DNA from: Lysobacterales bacterium
GTDB lineage: Bacteria; Pseudomonadota; Gammaproteobacteria; Xanthomonadales; SZUA-5
Direction: 5' to 3'
Length of the DNA: 64,000 nucleotides
NCBI GenBank assembly: GCA_022844165.1
Contig: JALHMH010000006.1
Span: forward strand, 20,167-84,166
Of the stretch, positions 49,887-59,441 are shown piece after piece. The notes below the pieces were generated by a model, which was given only the letters and a program-made list of their open reading frames with translations, did not search any database and was not told the DNA's origin. How positions within the stretch are numbered: position 1 is the first letter of the stretch; every line of letters starts with the position of its first letter. Made by a program: the position numbers and the translations under genes.

Positions 49887-51410
49887 CTAACCAACCCGCA
49901 AGCGCAGCCGCAAGCCGAGTTCGTCGAAGGTGTTTTTTTCCTGCCGAAGGTCGGTCCAGGTCAACGGATGCTTGGTCAGCCAGCCGCGCGGGAATTTGAG
50001 GTCGAAGTCGCGGCCGAGGATGTTGACGGTCAGCGGTGGCAGGGCTTCTTCGCTGCGTGCACGGTGCAGGACCACGGCGAGTCGGAAAATCGCCAAGGTC
50101 TTTTGAAAACGGTCGAGATCACGTTCGGCGATGTCTTCGAAGGTGTGATCGGGAATTCCGCGGCGATGGCCGAGCACCAGCGCCGCGACGGTTGCTTGTT
50201 CTTGCCGGGAGAAGCCCGGCAAATCCGAATGTTCGATAATGTACGCGCCATGTTTGTGGTGTTGCGTATGCGAGATCGACAGGCCGATCTCATGCACCAG
50301 CGTGGCGTACAACAAGGTGTCGCGCTCTTCCTGCATCAGACCCCAGCCGGCGGCCGCCTGGTCGAACAGATTGAGCGCCGTGGCCTGCACGCGCAGCGCC
50401 TGCGCCTGATCCACGGCATAGCGTTTTGCCAGCGTGCGGATGCTGCGTTCGCGCGGATCCTGCTGTTGCTGGCGGCCGAGCGAATCGTACAACAAACCCT
50501 CGCGCATTGCGTAGTCGCTGACGCGTAACAGATCCAGATCGAGCGCCTCATAACACGCCCAAAGCGCCGCCAGACCGCCGAGGAAAATCGGTCGGCGGTC
50601 TTCGCTCAGCGACGGCAAACGTGCGCGCTGCACAACGCCCACTTCGATGACGCGATCAATCAAATCCAGCAATCCGGCGCGCGTCACTTCGCGCTCGCGG
50701 CCACCCATCGCATGCAGAATGCTGCTCAGCGACTTGACGGTTCCAGAGCTGCCGATGACACGTTTCCAGCCGCGCGCTTTGTACGCGGCCAGTATCGGCT
50801 GAAATTCGATGGACAGCCGCAACTGCGCATCTTGCCAACGTTTGCGCGTGACTTTGCCGTCGGCAAAAAAGCGCTGCGAGGTGGCTACGCAGCCGAGCTG
50901 CAGACTCTCGGTTTCCAGTGTGTCGAAGCCGCGGCCGATGATCAGTTCGGTACTGCCGCCGCCGACATCGATCACCAACTGCTGTTGGCGCGGATCGTTC
51001 AGTCCGTGCGCGACGCCCAGGTAAATCAGCCGCGCCTCTTCGCGACCGGAGACCACCTCGATGGGTGCGCCCAGCGCGGTTTCCGCGGTCATCAGGAAGG
51101 CGCGCGGCGATTTCAGCTGGCGCACCGAGTTGGTCGCCACAGCGCGAATGCGCTCCCGCGGCACATTGCTCAGGCGTTGCCCAAAGCGCGATAAACAGGC
51201 GATCGCCCGCTCGCGGACGTCCGGGTTCAGTTGCCCATCTGCGGTGAGCCCAGCGGCCATGCGGACCGAATCGCGCAGGCGGTCGACGACCTGCAGCTCA
51301 CCTTCGGAAAAACGGGCGACGATCATATGGAAACTGTTCGACCCAAGATCGACCGCGGCCAGCGGCGTACTATCGACGATGTCTTTAGGGTCGAACGGCA
51401 TTTCTATCAT
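49887..51410 (-). CDS. ppx: exopolyphosphatase (Ppx/GppA family)
   Basis: AAVDLGSNSFHM, DVGGGSTE. The ATG overlaps the ppk stop (ATGA). Confidence 0.9.
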   Translation of the reverse strand: MIEMPFDPKDIVDSTPLAAVDLGSNSFHMIVARFSEGELQVVDRLRDSVRMAAGLTADGQLNPDVRERAIACLSRFGQRLSNVPRERIRAVATNSVRQLKSPRAFLMTAETALGAPIEVVSGREEARLIYLGVAHGLNDPRQQQLVIDVGGGSTELIIGRGFDTLETESLQLGCVATSQRFFADGKVTRKRWQDAQLRLSIEFQPILAAYKARGWKRVIGSSGTVKSLSSILHAMGGREREVTRAGLLDLIDRVIEVGVVQRARLPSLSEDRRPIFLGGLAALWACYEALDLDLLRVSDYAMREGLLYDSLGRQQQQDPRERSIRTLAKRYAVDQAQALRVQATALNLFDQAAAGWGLMQEERDTLLYATLVHEIGLSISHTQHHKHGAYIIEHSDLPGFSRQEQATVAALVLGHRRGIPDHTFEDIAERDLDRFQKTLAIFRLAVVLHRARSEEALPPLTVNILGRDFDLKFPRGWLTKHPLTWTDLRQEKNTFDELGLRLRLRVG

Positions 51411-53458
51411 CCTGCAATGCGCGCCAGCAGCGCGCTCTGCGCCGCGTGCGGCATGTCGTCGCCCGCTTCGACGCGCACGTAACTGCCGTCGCTCTGCAGG
51501 CGCCACGCCTGCGTGTTGTCGGCCAGGTAGTTCTCCAGAGTCTCGTTGAAGACACGCTGTCGCAGGCTCGAATCGAGAATCGGAAAGCAGGTCTCGACGC
51601 GGTTCAACAGATTGCGTTCCATCCAATCGGCGCTGGACGCATACAGCTCTTCGCGACCGTTGTTGTAGAAATAACAGACGCGGGAATGTTCGAGAAAACG
51701 GCCGACGATGGAATACACGCGGATGTTGTCGCTGACACCCGGCACGCCCGGCCGCAGCACACAAATCCCGCGTACGAACAACACCACTTCGACGCCAGCT
51801 TCGCTGGCACGATAGAGCGCGTCGATGACCTGCGGTTCGCTCAACGCGTTCATGCGCGCCAGGATTTTTCCGCCCTTACCGGCGCGCGCGTTCTTGGCCT
51901 CGCGGTCGATCTTGTGGATCAGCTGTTTGTGCAGCGTAAACGGCGAATGCAGCACTTGTTTGAGCTTGATCGCCTGACTCAAGCCTGACAACTGCTGGAA
52001 CAGCTTGTGCACATCTTCGCCGATGTCGGTATCGGCCGTGATCAGACCGATATCGGTGTAAACGCTGCTGGTGCCCTGGTGATAGTTGCCGGTTCCCAAA
52101 TGCACGTAGCGCCTGAGCTTGCCGTTTTCGCGGCGCACGATGAGCAGCATCTTGGCGTGCGTCTTGTAACCGACCACGCCATAGACCACCTGCACGCCGG
52201 CCTCCTGCAGCCGATTGGCCAGATCGATGTTCGCCTCTTCATCGAAGCGAGCGCGCAGCTCAACGATGACGGTGACATCCTTGCCGGCGCGGGCGGCTTC
52301 TATCAAGTAGTCGACCAGCACCGATTTGCGACCGGTGCGATACAGTGTTTGTTTGATCGCCAACACATCGGGATCGTGCGCGGCGGTTTTCAGCAAATCG
52401 ACGACGGTCGAAAAACTGTCGAAAGGATGGTGCAACAACACATCCTGCTCGCGCACCATATCGAACACATTGCCGACCTTCGGCGCCTGAATCCGCGGCT
52501 TGAACGCCTGGTACTTCAAATCCGGTCGGTCGACCAGGTCGTACACCGCGCCGACGCGGTTCAAATTGACAGGCCCATTGACGCGGAACATATCGTCTTC
52601 GCTGAGTTCGAAGTGTTCCAACAGATACTGGCCCAGCGCGCGCGGGCAACTGTCGGTAATTTCCAGGCGCACCGCGCGTGCGAAGCCGCGATCGAGTAGC
52701 TCGTCGCGCAGCGCGTGCGCCAGATTTTCCACATCGAATTCGTCGACCCACAACTCACTGTTGCGCGTGACCCGAAACGGGTAGACCCCTTTGACCTTCA
52801 TGCCAGGGAACAGATCGTCGACGAAGTCCTGCAAGATGGTGCTCAGCAGCACGACATCGTGCGTGCCGTTGGAAATTTCTTTCGGCAGCCGCACCAGGCG
52901 CGGCAACGAGCGCGGCGCACGCACCAGCGCCAGATCCGCTTCGCGACCGAAGGCGTCTTTGCCCTTCAGCGCCACCGCCACATTCAAACTCTTGTTCAAG
53001 ATCCGTGGGAACGGGTGCGCAGGGTCCAGACCCAGCGGGCTCAACACTGGCATCAGCTCGTCGTTGAAATAACCCTGCAACCAGCGCCGCTGCTTCGCAT
53101 TCCACTCGTCGCGCATCAAAAAATTGATGCCCTGCGCGGAGAGTTTGGGTTTGAGTTCCTGATTCCAGGTTTGGTACTGCTCGCGCACCAGGCTCAACGC
53201 TTCGGTGCGAATCGCCGCCAACACATCAGCAGCAGTGCGTCCGTCCGGCCACGGTTTGCTCGCCAGAAAGTTCACCTGGTGGCGAATCGATGCCACCCGG
53301 ACCTCGTAGAACTCATCGAGATTGGTGCACGAAATGCACATGAAGCGCAGGCGCTCAAGCAGCGGCACACGATCATCCTGTGCCTGGGCAAGCACGCGCC
53401 GATGGAATGCGAGCAAACTGGTTTCGCGGTTGAGAAATAGGCTGGGATCGCGACTCAC
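51407..53458 (-). CDS. ppk: polyphosphate kinase 1
   Basis: 683 aa. LNRETSLLAFHRRVL N-terminus and two PLD-like HKD-type segments (KTHAKMLLIVR). Confidence 0.93.
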   Translation of the reverse strand: MSRDPSLFLNRETSLLAFHRRVLAQAQDDRVPLLERLRFMCISCTNLDEFYEVRVASIRHQVNFLASKPWPDGRTAADVLAAIRTEALSLVREQYQTWNQELKPKLSAQGINFLMRDEWNAKQRRWLQGYFNDELMPVLSPLGLDPAHPFPRILNKSLNVAVALKGKDAFGREADLALVRAPRSLPRLVRLPKEISNGTHDVVLLSTILQDFVDDLFPGMKVKGVYPFRVTRNSELWVDEFDVENLAHALRDELLDRGFARAVRLEITDSCPRALGQYLLEHFELSEDDMFRVNGPVNLNRVGAVYDLVDRPDLKYQAFKPRIQAPKVGNVFDMVREQDVLLHHPFDSFSTVVDLLKTAAHDPDVLAIKQTLYRTGRKSVLVDYLIEAARAGKDVTVIVELRARFDEEANIDLANRLQEAGVQVVYGVVGYKTHAKMLLIVRRENGKLRRYVHLGTGNYHQGTSSVYTDIGLITADTDIGEDVHKLFQQLSGLSQAIKLKQVLHSPFTLHKQLIHKIDREAKNARAGKGGKILARMNALSEPQVIDALYRASEAGVEVVLFVRGICVLRPGVPGVSDNIRVYSIVGRFLEHSRVCYFYNNGREELYASSADWMERNLLNRVETCFPILDSSLRQRVFNETLENYLADNTQAWRLQSDGSYVRVEAGDDMPHAAQSALLARIAG

Positions 53459-53561
53459 GGCTCAATCAGGCAAGCGAAAACGCTAAAGGTAGCAGAAGCG
53501 TGTGACCAGCGGGCGTCAATCGGAGATTCCAAAGGACTGTTGCGGCGCCTGGCATTGGCCG

Positions 53562-54959
53562 CTACTGATTGCCTCCCACCGCCCGCGCCAACGCTGCATA
53601 CCATTCTTGTGCGCGTTCCGGCTCCACCATCGACGCGTAGGCGACCCAGCCGCGCAGGTAAGACTGAAAATTGGGGTGTCCAGCGCGATTTTGTGCATCG
53701 AGGCCGGTTCGGGCGGCGTTATGCAGCATGGCGCGCAGGCGGCGTTTGTCGTCGCGCTTCAGGCCAACGGCGGTGTTGACCACGAGCCCGGTGACCTCCT
53801 GGCGTTGCGCCTGACCCATCACGTGGGTTTTGTCGGGATGTTCGGTGAATCCTTCGGCGTGCAATATCCGTCGCACCGCGCCCAGTAGCGGCCCCAGCAG
53901 GCTGCGATCGGGGCCGGAGAAACTGAGATCGTCGGCATACCGTGTGTAAACGAATCCAGCGCGACGGGCGAGGCCCGCGAGCCGCGCATCGAGGCGTTTG
54001 CAGATCAGATTGGTCAGCAACGGACTGGTGCACGCGCCTTGTGGCAACTGGCGCTCGCCGATGGCGATATGGAACCGGCGCTTGAGTGGATCGCCGGCGA
54101 TGGCGCCCGCAATCCGCGGCGGTTCCGTGGTCAGCAGCGCCAACAATGTGGCCACCGCTCCGGAATAACCGAACGCGCGAAACAAGCCGCGCACCCGGGT
54201 GAAGCGCACGCTGGGGAAAAAATCCTTCAGATCGAGATTCACGAGCAGCGCGCGCCCCACGTGGTTCTGCGCGTTGCTCAGGGTCGATCGGCCAGCGACA
54301 AAACCATGCGCCTGGGCGCTGGTCCCCAGCGGTGCGAGCATCGCCAGAATCCAGCGTTGGCAGGCATCGAGTGCCGGCTTCGGCGCTGAGATGGCGCGAA
54401 CACCGCCGGTCTTCTTCGGAACCTCATAGCGGTGGTAATGCACCAGCGTGGCGCCGCGTCGGTGGTAGGTCAACCAGCGCAGTTTGCCGATGCTGATGCC
54501 GAGCGCAGCAGCGAGATCGCTGGCGCTGTGCAATACCGGCAGACCGGCACGCGTGAGTTTCTGCGCATCGCTCTGCGCATCGTTCAGCTGATCGCTGACG
54601 CCGCTTCCGGCGTGCACAATGGTAGCGAGCTTGTGGGCTTGCCAGGCATCGCGCCTGGCGCGGCGATCGGCGTCGGCTTGCGCCTTGCGTAACGCGCGGC
54701 GCTTCTTGCTCTCTTCCCAGCGTCGCGCGCGTTCGGCTTTGAGCGCGGCCTGCACATCGTCGACAGTGAGCGCACTCCTGCCGATGCGCGCCAGCTCGGC
54801 TTCGATTTGTTTGCGTTCCGCGGCTTCGTCTGGCGGATCGGGCGGCAGGCCATCGGCGATCGGCCAATAACCGAGCGCCTTCATCCGCTGCAGCACGATT
54901 TGATCGTCGAGCCGCGCGAGGCGTTTGTACAAATACTGCAGGTGCTCCTGTTCGCTCAT
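53562..54959 (-). CDS. retron-type reverse transcriptase with ~140-aa charged N-terminal extension
   Basis: RT motifs PKKTGGVRAISAP, NLDLKDFFPS, LPQGACTSP, YADDLSFS. Retron-associated signatures NAQNH (NAxxH) and RQEVTGLVVN (VTG). A structured ncRNA lies immediately upstream. Confidence 0.85.
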   Translation of the reverse strand: MSEQEHLQYLYKRLARLDDQIVLQRMKALGYWPIADGLPPDPPDEAAERKQIEAELARIGRSALTVDDVQAALKAERARRWEESKKRRALRKAQADADRRARRDAWQAHKLATIVHAGSGVSDQLNDAQSDAQKLTRAGLPVLHSASDLAAALGISIGKLRWLTYHRRGATLVHYHRYEVPKKTGGVRAISAPKPALDACQRWILAMLAPLGTSAQAHGFVAGRSTLSNAQNHVGRALLVNLDLKDFFPSVRFTRVRGLFRAFGYSGAVATLLALLTTEPPRIAGAIAGDPLKRRFHIAIGERQLPQGACTSPLLTNLICKRLDARLAGLARRAGFVYTRYADDLSFSGPDRSLLGPLLGAVRRILHAEGFTEHPDKTHVMGQAQRQEVTGLVVNTAVGLKRDDKRRLRAMLHNAARTGLDAQNRAGHPNFQSYLRGWVAYASMVEPERAQEWYAALARAVGGNQ

Positions 54960-54979
54960 GGCGCACGCCCCAACCAGAG

Positions 54980-55214
54980 CGAGCGTGGCGCGGCAGCATC
55001 TTCCGACGAAGCTTGCGACGGGACCGGTCCACTAATGCGGATCGCACCCAGCCGACCAGCCCGCGGCGACCGCAGGTCGCATACCAGCAGCGGGCGCGGC
55101 TGGGTGCGATCCGAGAGTGCCGAACGGGCCCGTGAAGAAAAAGCCACAGACCAGCATGCGCGGCGTAACGCCGCACGGGTTGCGAAGACGAACAGCTCGT
55201 CCGCGCCACGCTCG
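54980..55214 (-). ncRNA. candidate retron msr-msd non-coding RNA
   Basis: A perfect 14-nt inverted repeat brackets the region (cgagcgtggcgcgg at 54980-54993, ccgcgccacgctcg at 55201-55214). An internal 74-nt hairpin (55039-55112) has a perfect 16-bp basal stem (ggatcgcacccagccg / cggctgggtgcgatcc) plus inner 6-bp and 5-bp stems. Two small hairpins lie in the 5-prime part on the minus strand (GACGA-GCTGT-TCGTC and GCGGCG-TTA-CGCCGC). The region ends 20 nt upstream of the RT ATG. Exact msr/msd ends are unknown. Confidence 0.7.
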
Positions 55215-55250
55215 ATTCTTTCTACGTCAGCCAATCTCAAGATGCAAGCC

Positions 55251-56954
55251 TCAGCCATGTTGCGCGTCCTCCTGGCCGAGCCGTTGCATATGCACCAAAC
55301 GCAAACCAAGCACATGCGGGCATGGCCCTTTGGTCAAGCCGTCGCGCAACATCTGTGCACAGGTACACGAGGCGCTCAAGATCTCGCCGCTATGGCTGAT
55401 ATGCAACTGCGGCCTGACGCGGCTGCTGCCATCGGCCGCATTGCCGGAGAGTTTGTAGCCGTCATCGACCGGACGCCGCGCGATGATCACCACGTCGCCG
55501 GCGGCGGCGATGGCTTGGGCCGCTTTGGCTTTGGGTTGGCTGGCTTCGTGTTTTTTCGCCGCCGTCAGCGCTTGTGCCGCATCGAAGGCCTGCAAGGTCA
55601 GGTCGCGGTGGCGCACGCACTCACTGCCAAGATCGATCATCGCGCGCCCGGCTTGCGCCAACAGGCTCAGCGCACTGCGGGTTTTTTCGATGCCGAATCC
55701 CAGACTCGACGCCAGTTCCGGCGTGCGCGCCCAGCGTTGCCCACGCAGCGTGGTGTACACCCGATCGAGTTCCGGCGCGGTGACTGCCAATCGCTGCGTC
55801 AACAGGTCGAATCGCCCTTCGCCCTCGACCCAGTCGTTGTCGGTCCACCCGGACAACGCCAGCGTGAACTCGATACCACATGGCAGCGCGCACACCCAGA
55901 CGCTCGGCAGACCGCTGGCCGACAGGTACACATCCACGTGTCGCGCAACGGGCAACACGCGCAACAGGCTGCGCAATCGCTCGCGCCCCCAGACGCGAAT
56001 CGTCGCGATTTTGTCGCCGCCGTACACACTGGATGGCGAGCACCAGATCGAGCGATTCCAAGGCTCCAGCACCAGCCGCACCGGTTCGCCGGGGCGCAGC
56101 TCGAAACGCAGCGCGCGTGGACTCTCGCGGGTTTTGTGTGTCAGCAAAAAGTTCAGCGCGTTGAGCACGTCGACCGGTTGCAAGCGCAGCCGGATCAAAC
56201 CCATCGACATCAATCCGTGTACCCGCAAAAAACCTTCGAGCCAACCTTCGGGCAGGTCGATACGTTTTTCCAGCGCGGTGGCATCACCGGCTTTGGGTTC
56301 GAGGCGTTCGGAAGCGAAACCGCCGGCGCCGATATCGAAGCGCGTCGCGCGATAACTGCGCAGGCGATCGAAGTGATCGGCGAGCCGCGCGCTGAAATCG
56401 ATGTTGGTAGTTCCATATTCGATCGCTTCGATGCGCTCGAACGCAGCCAGCGGCAGCGCGAGTCGACCATAACTCGACTGGTCGCGCGAAAACGCCTCGA
56501 ACGAGAGTTGATCCGGGTGCACAGTGATCACCGGGTCCAGCACCCGATTCAGTTCAACATCGCTGCTGACGGCGTATTGCATCCAGCGCTGGCGCGCAGC
56601 GTCGAAGGGTAGTCGGCGCGCCGCGCGGGCGGCGTCGAGTTCGATCAGACGCGCGTTCAATTCCGCCATCCGCGACTTCGCCGCGAGCGACTTGCTGCCC
56701 AGACTGGCGACGAATGCCTGGTCCTGGCGCTCCAGCCACGCGCGGTAAGCAAGACGCGCCTTGGGACGATATTTGTAGTCGCCAACCACCACCGAATACA
56801 GCGCAGCGAAGCTCTCGCGCGCCAGCAGCGGCTGCGCCAGCGTGCCGCGGAAAAAGGTCGCCTCGCGCAACTGGTTGGTCGCCAATGCCAGCCGCGCGTC
56901 AGCGCCGTGCATCTCGACGCCGCTGCGGCCCGAGTAGCGGTATTCGATGCTCAT
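55251..56954 (-). CDS. winged-helix + SWIM zinc-finger protein
   Basis: C-terminal SWIM signature CTCAQMLRDGLTKGPCPHVLGL (CxC..CxH) preceded by a WH-like segment (TPELASSLGFGIEKTRSALSLLAQAGRAMIDL). 4-nt overlap with the upstream ARM/HEAT gene. Confidence 0.8.
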   Translation of the reverse strand: MSIEYRYSGRSGVEMHGADARLALATNQLREATFFRGTLAQPLLARESFAALYSVVVGDYKYRPKARLAYRAWLERQDQAFVASLGSKSLAAKSRMAELNARLIELDAARAARRLPFDAARQRWMQYAVSSDVELNRVLDPVITVHPDQLSFEAFSRDQSSYGRLALPLAAFERIEAIEYGTTNIDFSARLADHFDRLRSYRATRFDIGAGGFASERLEPKAGDATALEKRIDLPEGWLEGFLRVHGLMSMGLIRLRLQPVDVLNALNFLLTHKTRESPRALRFELRPGEPVRLVLEPWNRSIWCSPSSVYGGDKIATIRVWGRERLRSLLRVLPVARHVDVYLSASGLPSVWVCALPCGIEFTLALSGWTDNDWVEGEGRFDLLTQRLAVTAPELDRVYTTLRGQRWARTPELASSLGFGIEKTRSALSLLAQAGRAMIDLGSECVRHRDLTLQAFDAAQALTAAKKHEASQPKAKAAQAIAAAGDVVIIARRPVDDGYKLSGNAADGSSRVRPQLHISHSGEILSASCTCAQMLRDGLTKGPCPHVLGLRLVHMQRLGQEDAQHG

Positions 56955-59431
56955 GCCACCGCCTCGAACGCACTGCTGAGCGTCGGAAACAGCAGTCTCA
57001 AGCGCGTCAAAGTGACGGCGATTGCCTCAAAGTCGCGTTGATTCGCGGTGCGCAATGCGGCATCCAGGATATCGATGGCGATGCGCGCCTGGCTTTCATC
57101 GCTGGCGCCGCGATCGGCGACGATGGCGAACAAACGGTCTTTGGCCGATCGCGCCAGGCGCGGCGTCAACAGGCTGGATCGCAAAAACGGCGCCAGGCGA
57201 CTGAACGCATCTGTGCCCTGCGGCCAGTGCGCGTCGAGGAGTCCGAGCGCCAGTTGGCGCATCGCCACGTGCGGGTGTTCGATGAGCCGCTGCAATAGCT
57301 GCGGTGCATCAAGATCGGACAGTCGTGCAATCACGATGCGCGTGGCGAAGGCTTGCACATCGCTGCGATTGGAATCGCACAAAGCGACCAGCGCATCGAG
57401 CGATAGCGCGGTCGCGTCGAGCCGTTGCAACAACGCAAAAGCGTGCGCGCCGTTGTCGCTGAATCGCGACTCGGCGAGTTGGATCAGCGGCCAGGGATCG
57501 ATCTGCAGCTGCGGTAAAGCGCGTTCGAGCAAAATCGCTGCCGCGCCGCGCACGCTTTGCACTTCATCTTCTGCAAGCATCGCCAGGCGCGCACTGCCGA
57601 GCAGCGTCAACGATTGTGGGTGGGCGGCGAGCAGCGCGCCACCCAGCGTGCGCTGGGTCAGCGTACCATCCTGCACCAGCGCCAGAACCTGCAGCAGCGG
57701 CAGCGTTGCCGCGGCTACGTCGGCGTAGGCGGTCAGTACCGTCAGCAGCGCCTCGTCGCGTTCACTCGGCGCCTCGCGCATGGCGTGCAGCAGGCGCTCA
57801 AGCACTGTGATGCGCGGCGCATCGTCGAGCACGGCAAGCACCGCCTGGGTGAGCTGCGCGATCGCCTGCCGACCGGCATCGGTGCGCCGACGCATCAGCC
57901 GCGGCAGTTGCGCGTGCACGATCCACACCGACGCGCTGCGGCTCAAGAACGCCTGCGCCAAAGCACGCGCCAGATCGCCACCATCGAGTAGTGCCGCGAG
58001 CAGTTTCAGATCCGGCACCGTCGCGTCGAAGCGGCGCTCGGCCTCGGCGCGCGCACTGGCGGCAATCCGCGGCGTATCGATCAGCGCCGCAAGATCGGTG
58101 GGGCTGGCGGTTGCAATCGCCTCCGGGTGGCGCATCAGTCCGTCGATACCGAACGCGCGGACCTCATCGAGCCCACCGGTGGCCAGGCTCACGAACGCTG
58201 CCGGCTTGGCATCGAAGCGATCGACGAAGGGCACGTCGGCGAGCAGCCAGGGTGTTTTGACCGCTGCCGTGTCGCGATAACACACGCGGCTCATCGCATC
58301 GACGCGTTGGCGTTTGCCTTTGCCGTGCAACAAGCGATGCAGCATCAACGCGTACACAAAAGGCGACTGCAAGGCACGCGGCGCGCGCGCATCGTCGGCG
58401 CCATAACGCCGCAGCACGGCCGCGGCGGCAAGTGGGTACAAATCGCGCCGCCAGTACGCCAGAAGGCGCAGCCAGCGCGCGCTGGCGCGACACACGTAGG
58501 CCTGCGTTTTGGCGCCGAACACCAGCGTCGATCGCGATTGCCCATCCAAGCCGCTCTTCAGCGACTGGCGCGCGCCGGCGGTGCGTGCGCGACGCCGCTC
58601 GAAGGCCAACGCCAACTCGGCAAACGTCTCAAGATCGGCGCGCAGCATCGCGCGTTTCCAAATGCTCTTGGTGTACCGCCAACGATGCGGCGCATCCCAA
58701 TCCGCCGTCGTGCGGCGCACCGCTGCGACGCACAGCGGCGTGCCGAATTCGTAGAGTTGATCGAGCACCAGGCCGCGCCGCGGCGCATCGATGCCATCGA
58801 TCGCAGCGCACAGCGCATCGACAGCGGCCTGCGCAGTCGATTGTTCGTCCAGGCCAATCAATGTTGCGCGCAACGTATCCGGCAAACGCTGCAATCCTTC
58901 GGCGCGTGCTGTCGCCAAACCCTCCGCATCGCCCAGCGCGCGCAATGCCTCGACACCCGAGCGGCGGCGCGACAGCAGCTTCTTCGCCGCCTGCTCGCGT
59001 AGTAGCGCTATGGCGCGTGTGTCGCCGATGCGTCCCAGAGCATCGACGATCACCCCGATCTCCGGCGGGTTCTTCGCCGCCAATCCGAGCAGCGCCGGAA
59101 CCGCATCCACGGCTTGCCGCCATCCCAGCGCCGTCGCCGCCAGCGCCCGTGGCTTTTGATGCAGCGATGAAAGTCGCTCGATCAGCGGCTCATGCCCACC
59201 GACTTCGGCGTAACCCGCGATCCGCAGGCGCTCGAGCACATGCTGCATCCGCGCTTGCGTTTCGGTCTGCGCGAAGGGCCCATACACGGTGCCGCCGGTC
59301 AACTGCTGCCGCGAAGGACCGGTCGCCAGGCGCAAAAGAATCTGCCCCGGCGCACTCGCGGCCTCGATCGACAGCAGCGTGTATCGCGAATGCGCTGCGG
59401 CATGCGGACTCTTGAGCAGGATCGGCGACAT
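56951..59431 (-). CDS. large alpha-helical ARM/HEAT-repeat protein with possible N-terminal WGR-like domain
   Basis: 826 aa, Leu/Ala-rich helical repeats. HEAT-like units (AVPALLGLAAKNPPEIGVIVDALGRIGDTRAIALLRE). The N-terminal ~70 aa has a beta-rich pattern ending in LERLRIAGY, reminiscent of WGR/MolR-type N-domains (tentative). Confidence 0.65.
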   Translation of the reverse strand: MSPILLKSPHAAAHSRYTLLSIEAASAPGQILLRLATGPSRQQLTGGTVYGPFAQTETQARMQHVLERLRIAGYAEVGGHEPLIERLSSLHQKPRALAATALGWRQAVDAVPALLGLAAKNPPEIGVIVDALGRIGDTRAIALLREQAAKKLLSRRRSGVEALRALGDAEGLATARAEGLQRLPDTLRATLIGLDEQSTAQAAVDALCAAIDGIDAPRRGLVLDQLYEFGTPLCVAAVRRTTADWDAPHRWRYTKSIWKRAMLRADLETFAELALAFERRRARTAGARQSLKSGLDGQSRSTLVFGAKTQAYVCRASARWLRLLAYWRRDLYPLAAAAVLRRYGADDARAPRALQSPFVYALMLHRLLHGKGKRQRVDAMSRVCYRDTAAVKTPWLLADVPFVDRFDAKPAAFVSLATGGLDEVRAFGIDGLMRHPEAIATASPTDLAALIDTPRIAASARAEAERRFDATVPDLKLLAALLDGGDLARALAQAFLSRSASVWIVHAQLPRLMRRRTDAGRQAIAQLTQAVLAVLDDAPRITVLERLLHAMREAPSERDEALLTVLTAYADVAAATLPLLQVLALVQDGTLTQRTLGGALLAAHPQSLTLLGSARLAMLAEDEVQSVRGAAAILLERALPQLQIDPWPLIQLAESRFSDNGAHAFALLQRLDATALSLDALVALCDSNRSDVQAFATRIVIARLSDLDAPQLLQRLIEHPHVAMRQLALGLLDAHWPQGTDAFSRLAPFLRSSLLTPRLARSAKDRLFAIVADRGASDESQARIAIDILDAALRTANQRDFEAIAVTLTRLRLLFPTLSSAFEAVA

Positions 59432-59441
59432 GTGCTGAGGT

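Noticed and set aside
53562-54959. RT as a group II intron, DGR or Abi-type reverse transcriptase
   Set aside because: No maturase/endonuclease domains, no intron-like RNA domains, no template/variable repeat pair and no Avd-like gene. NAxxH and VTG motifs plus the flanking inverted-repeat ncRNA point to a retron.
54807-56612. 601-aa plus-strand ORF spanning the RT start, the ncRNA region and most of the SWIM gene
   Set aside because: Antisense to two motif-bearing genes and to the structured intergenic RNA. Arg-rich shadow composition.
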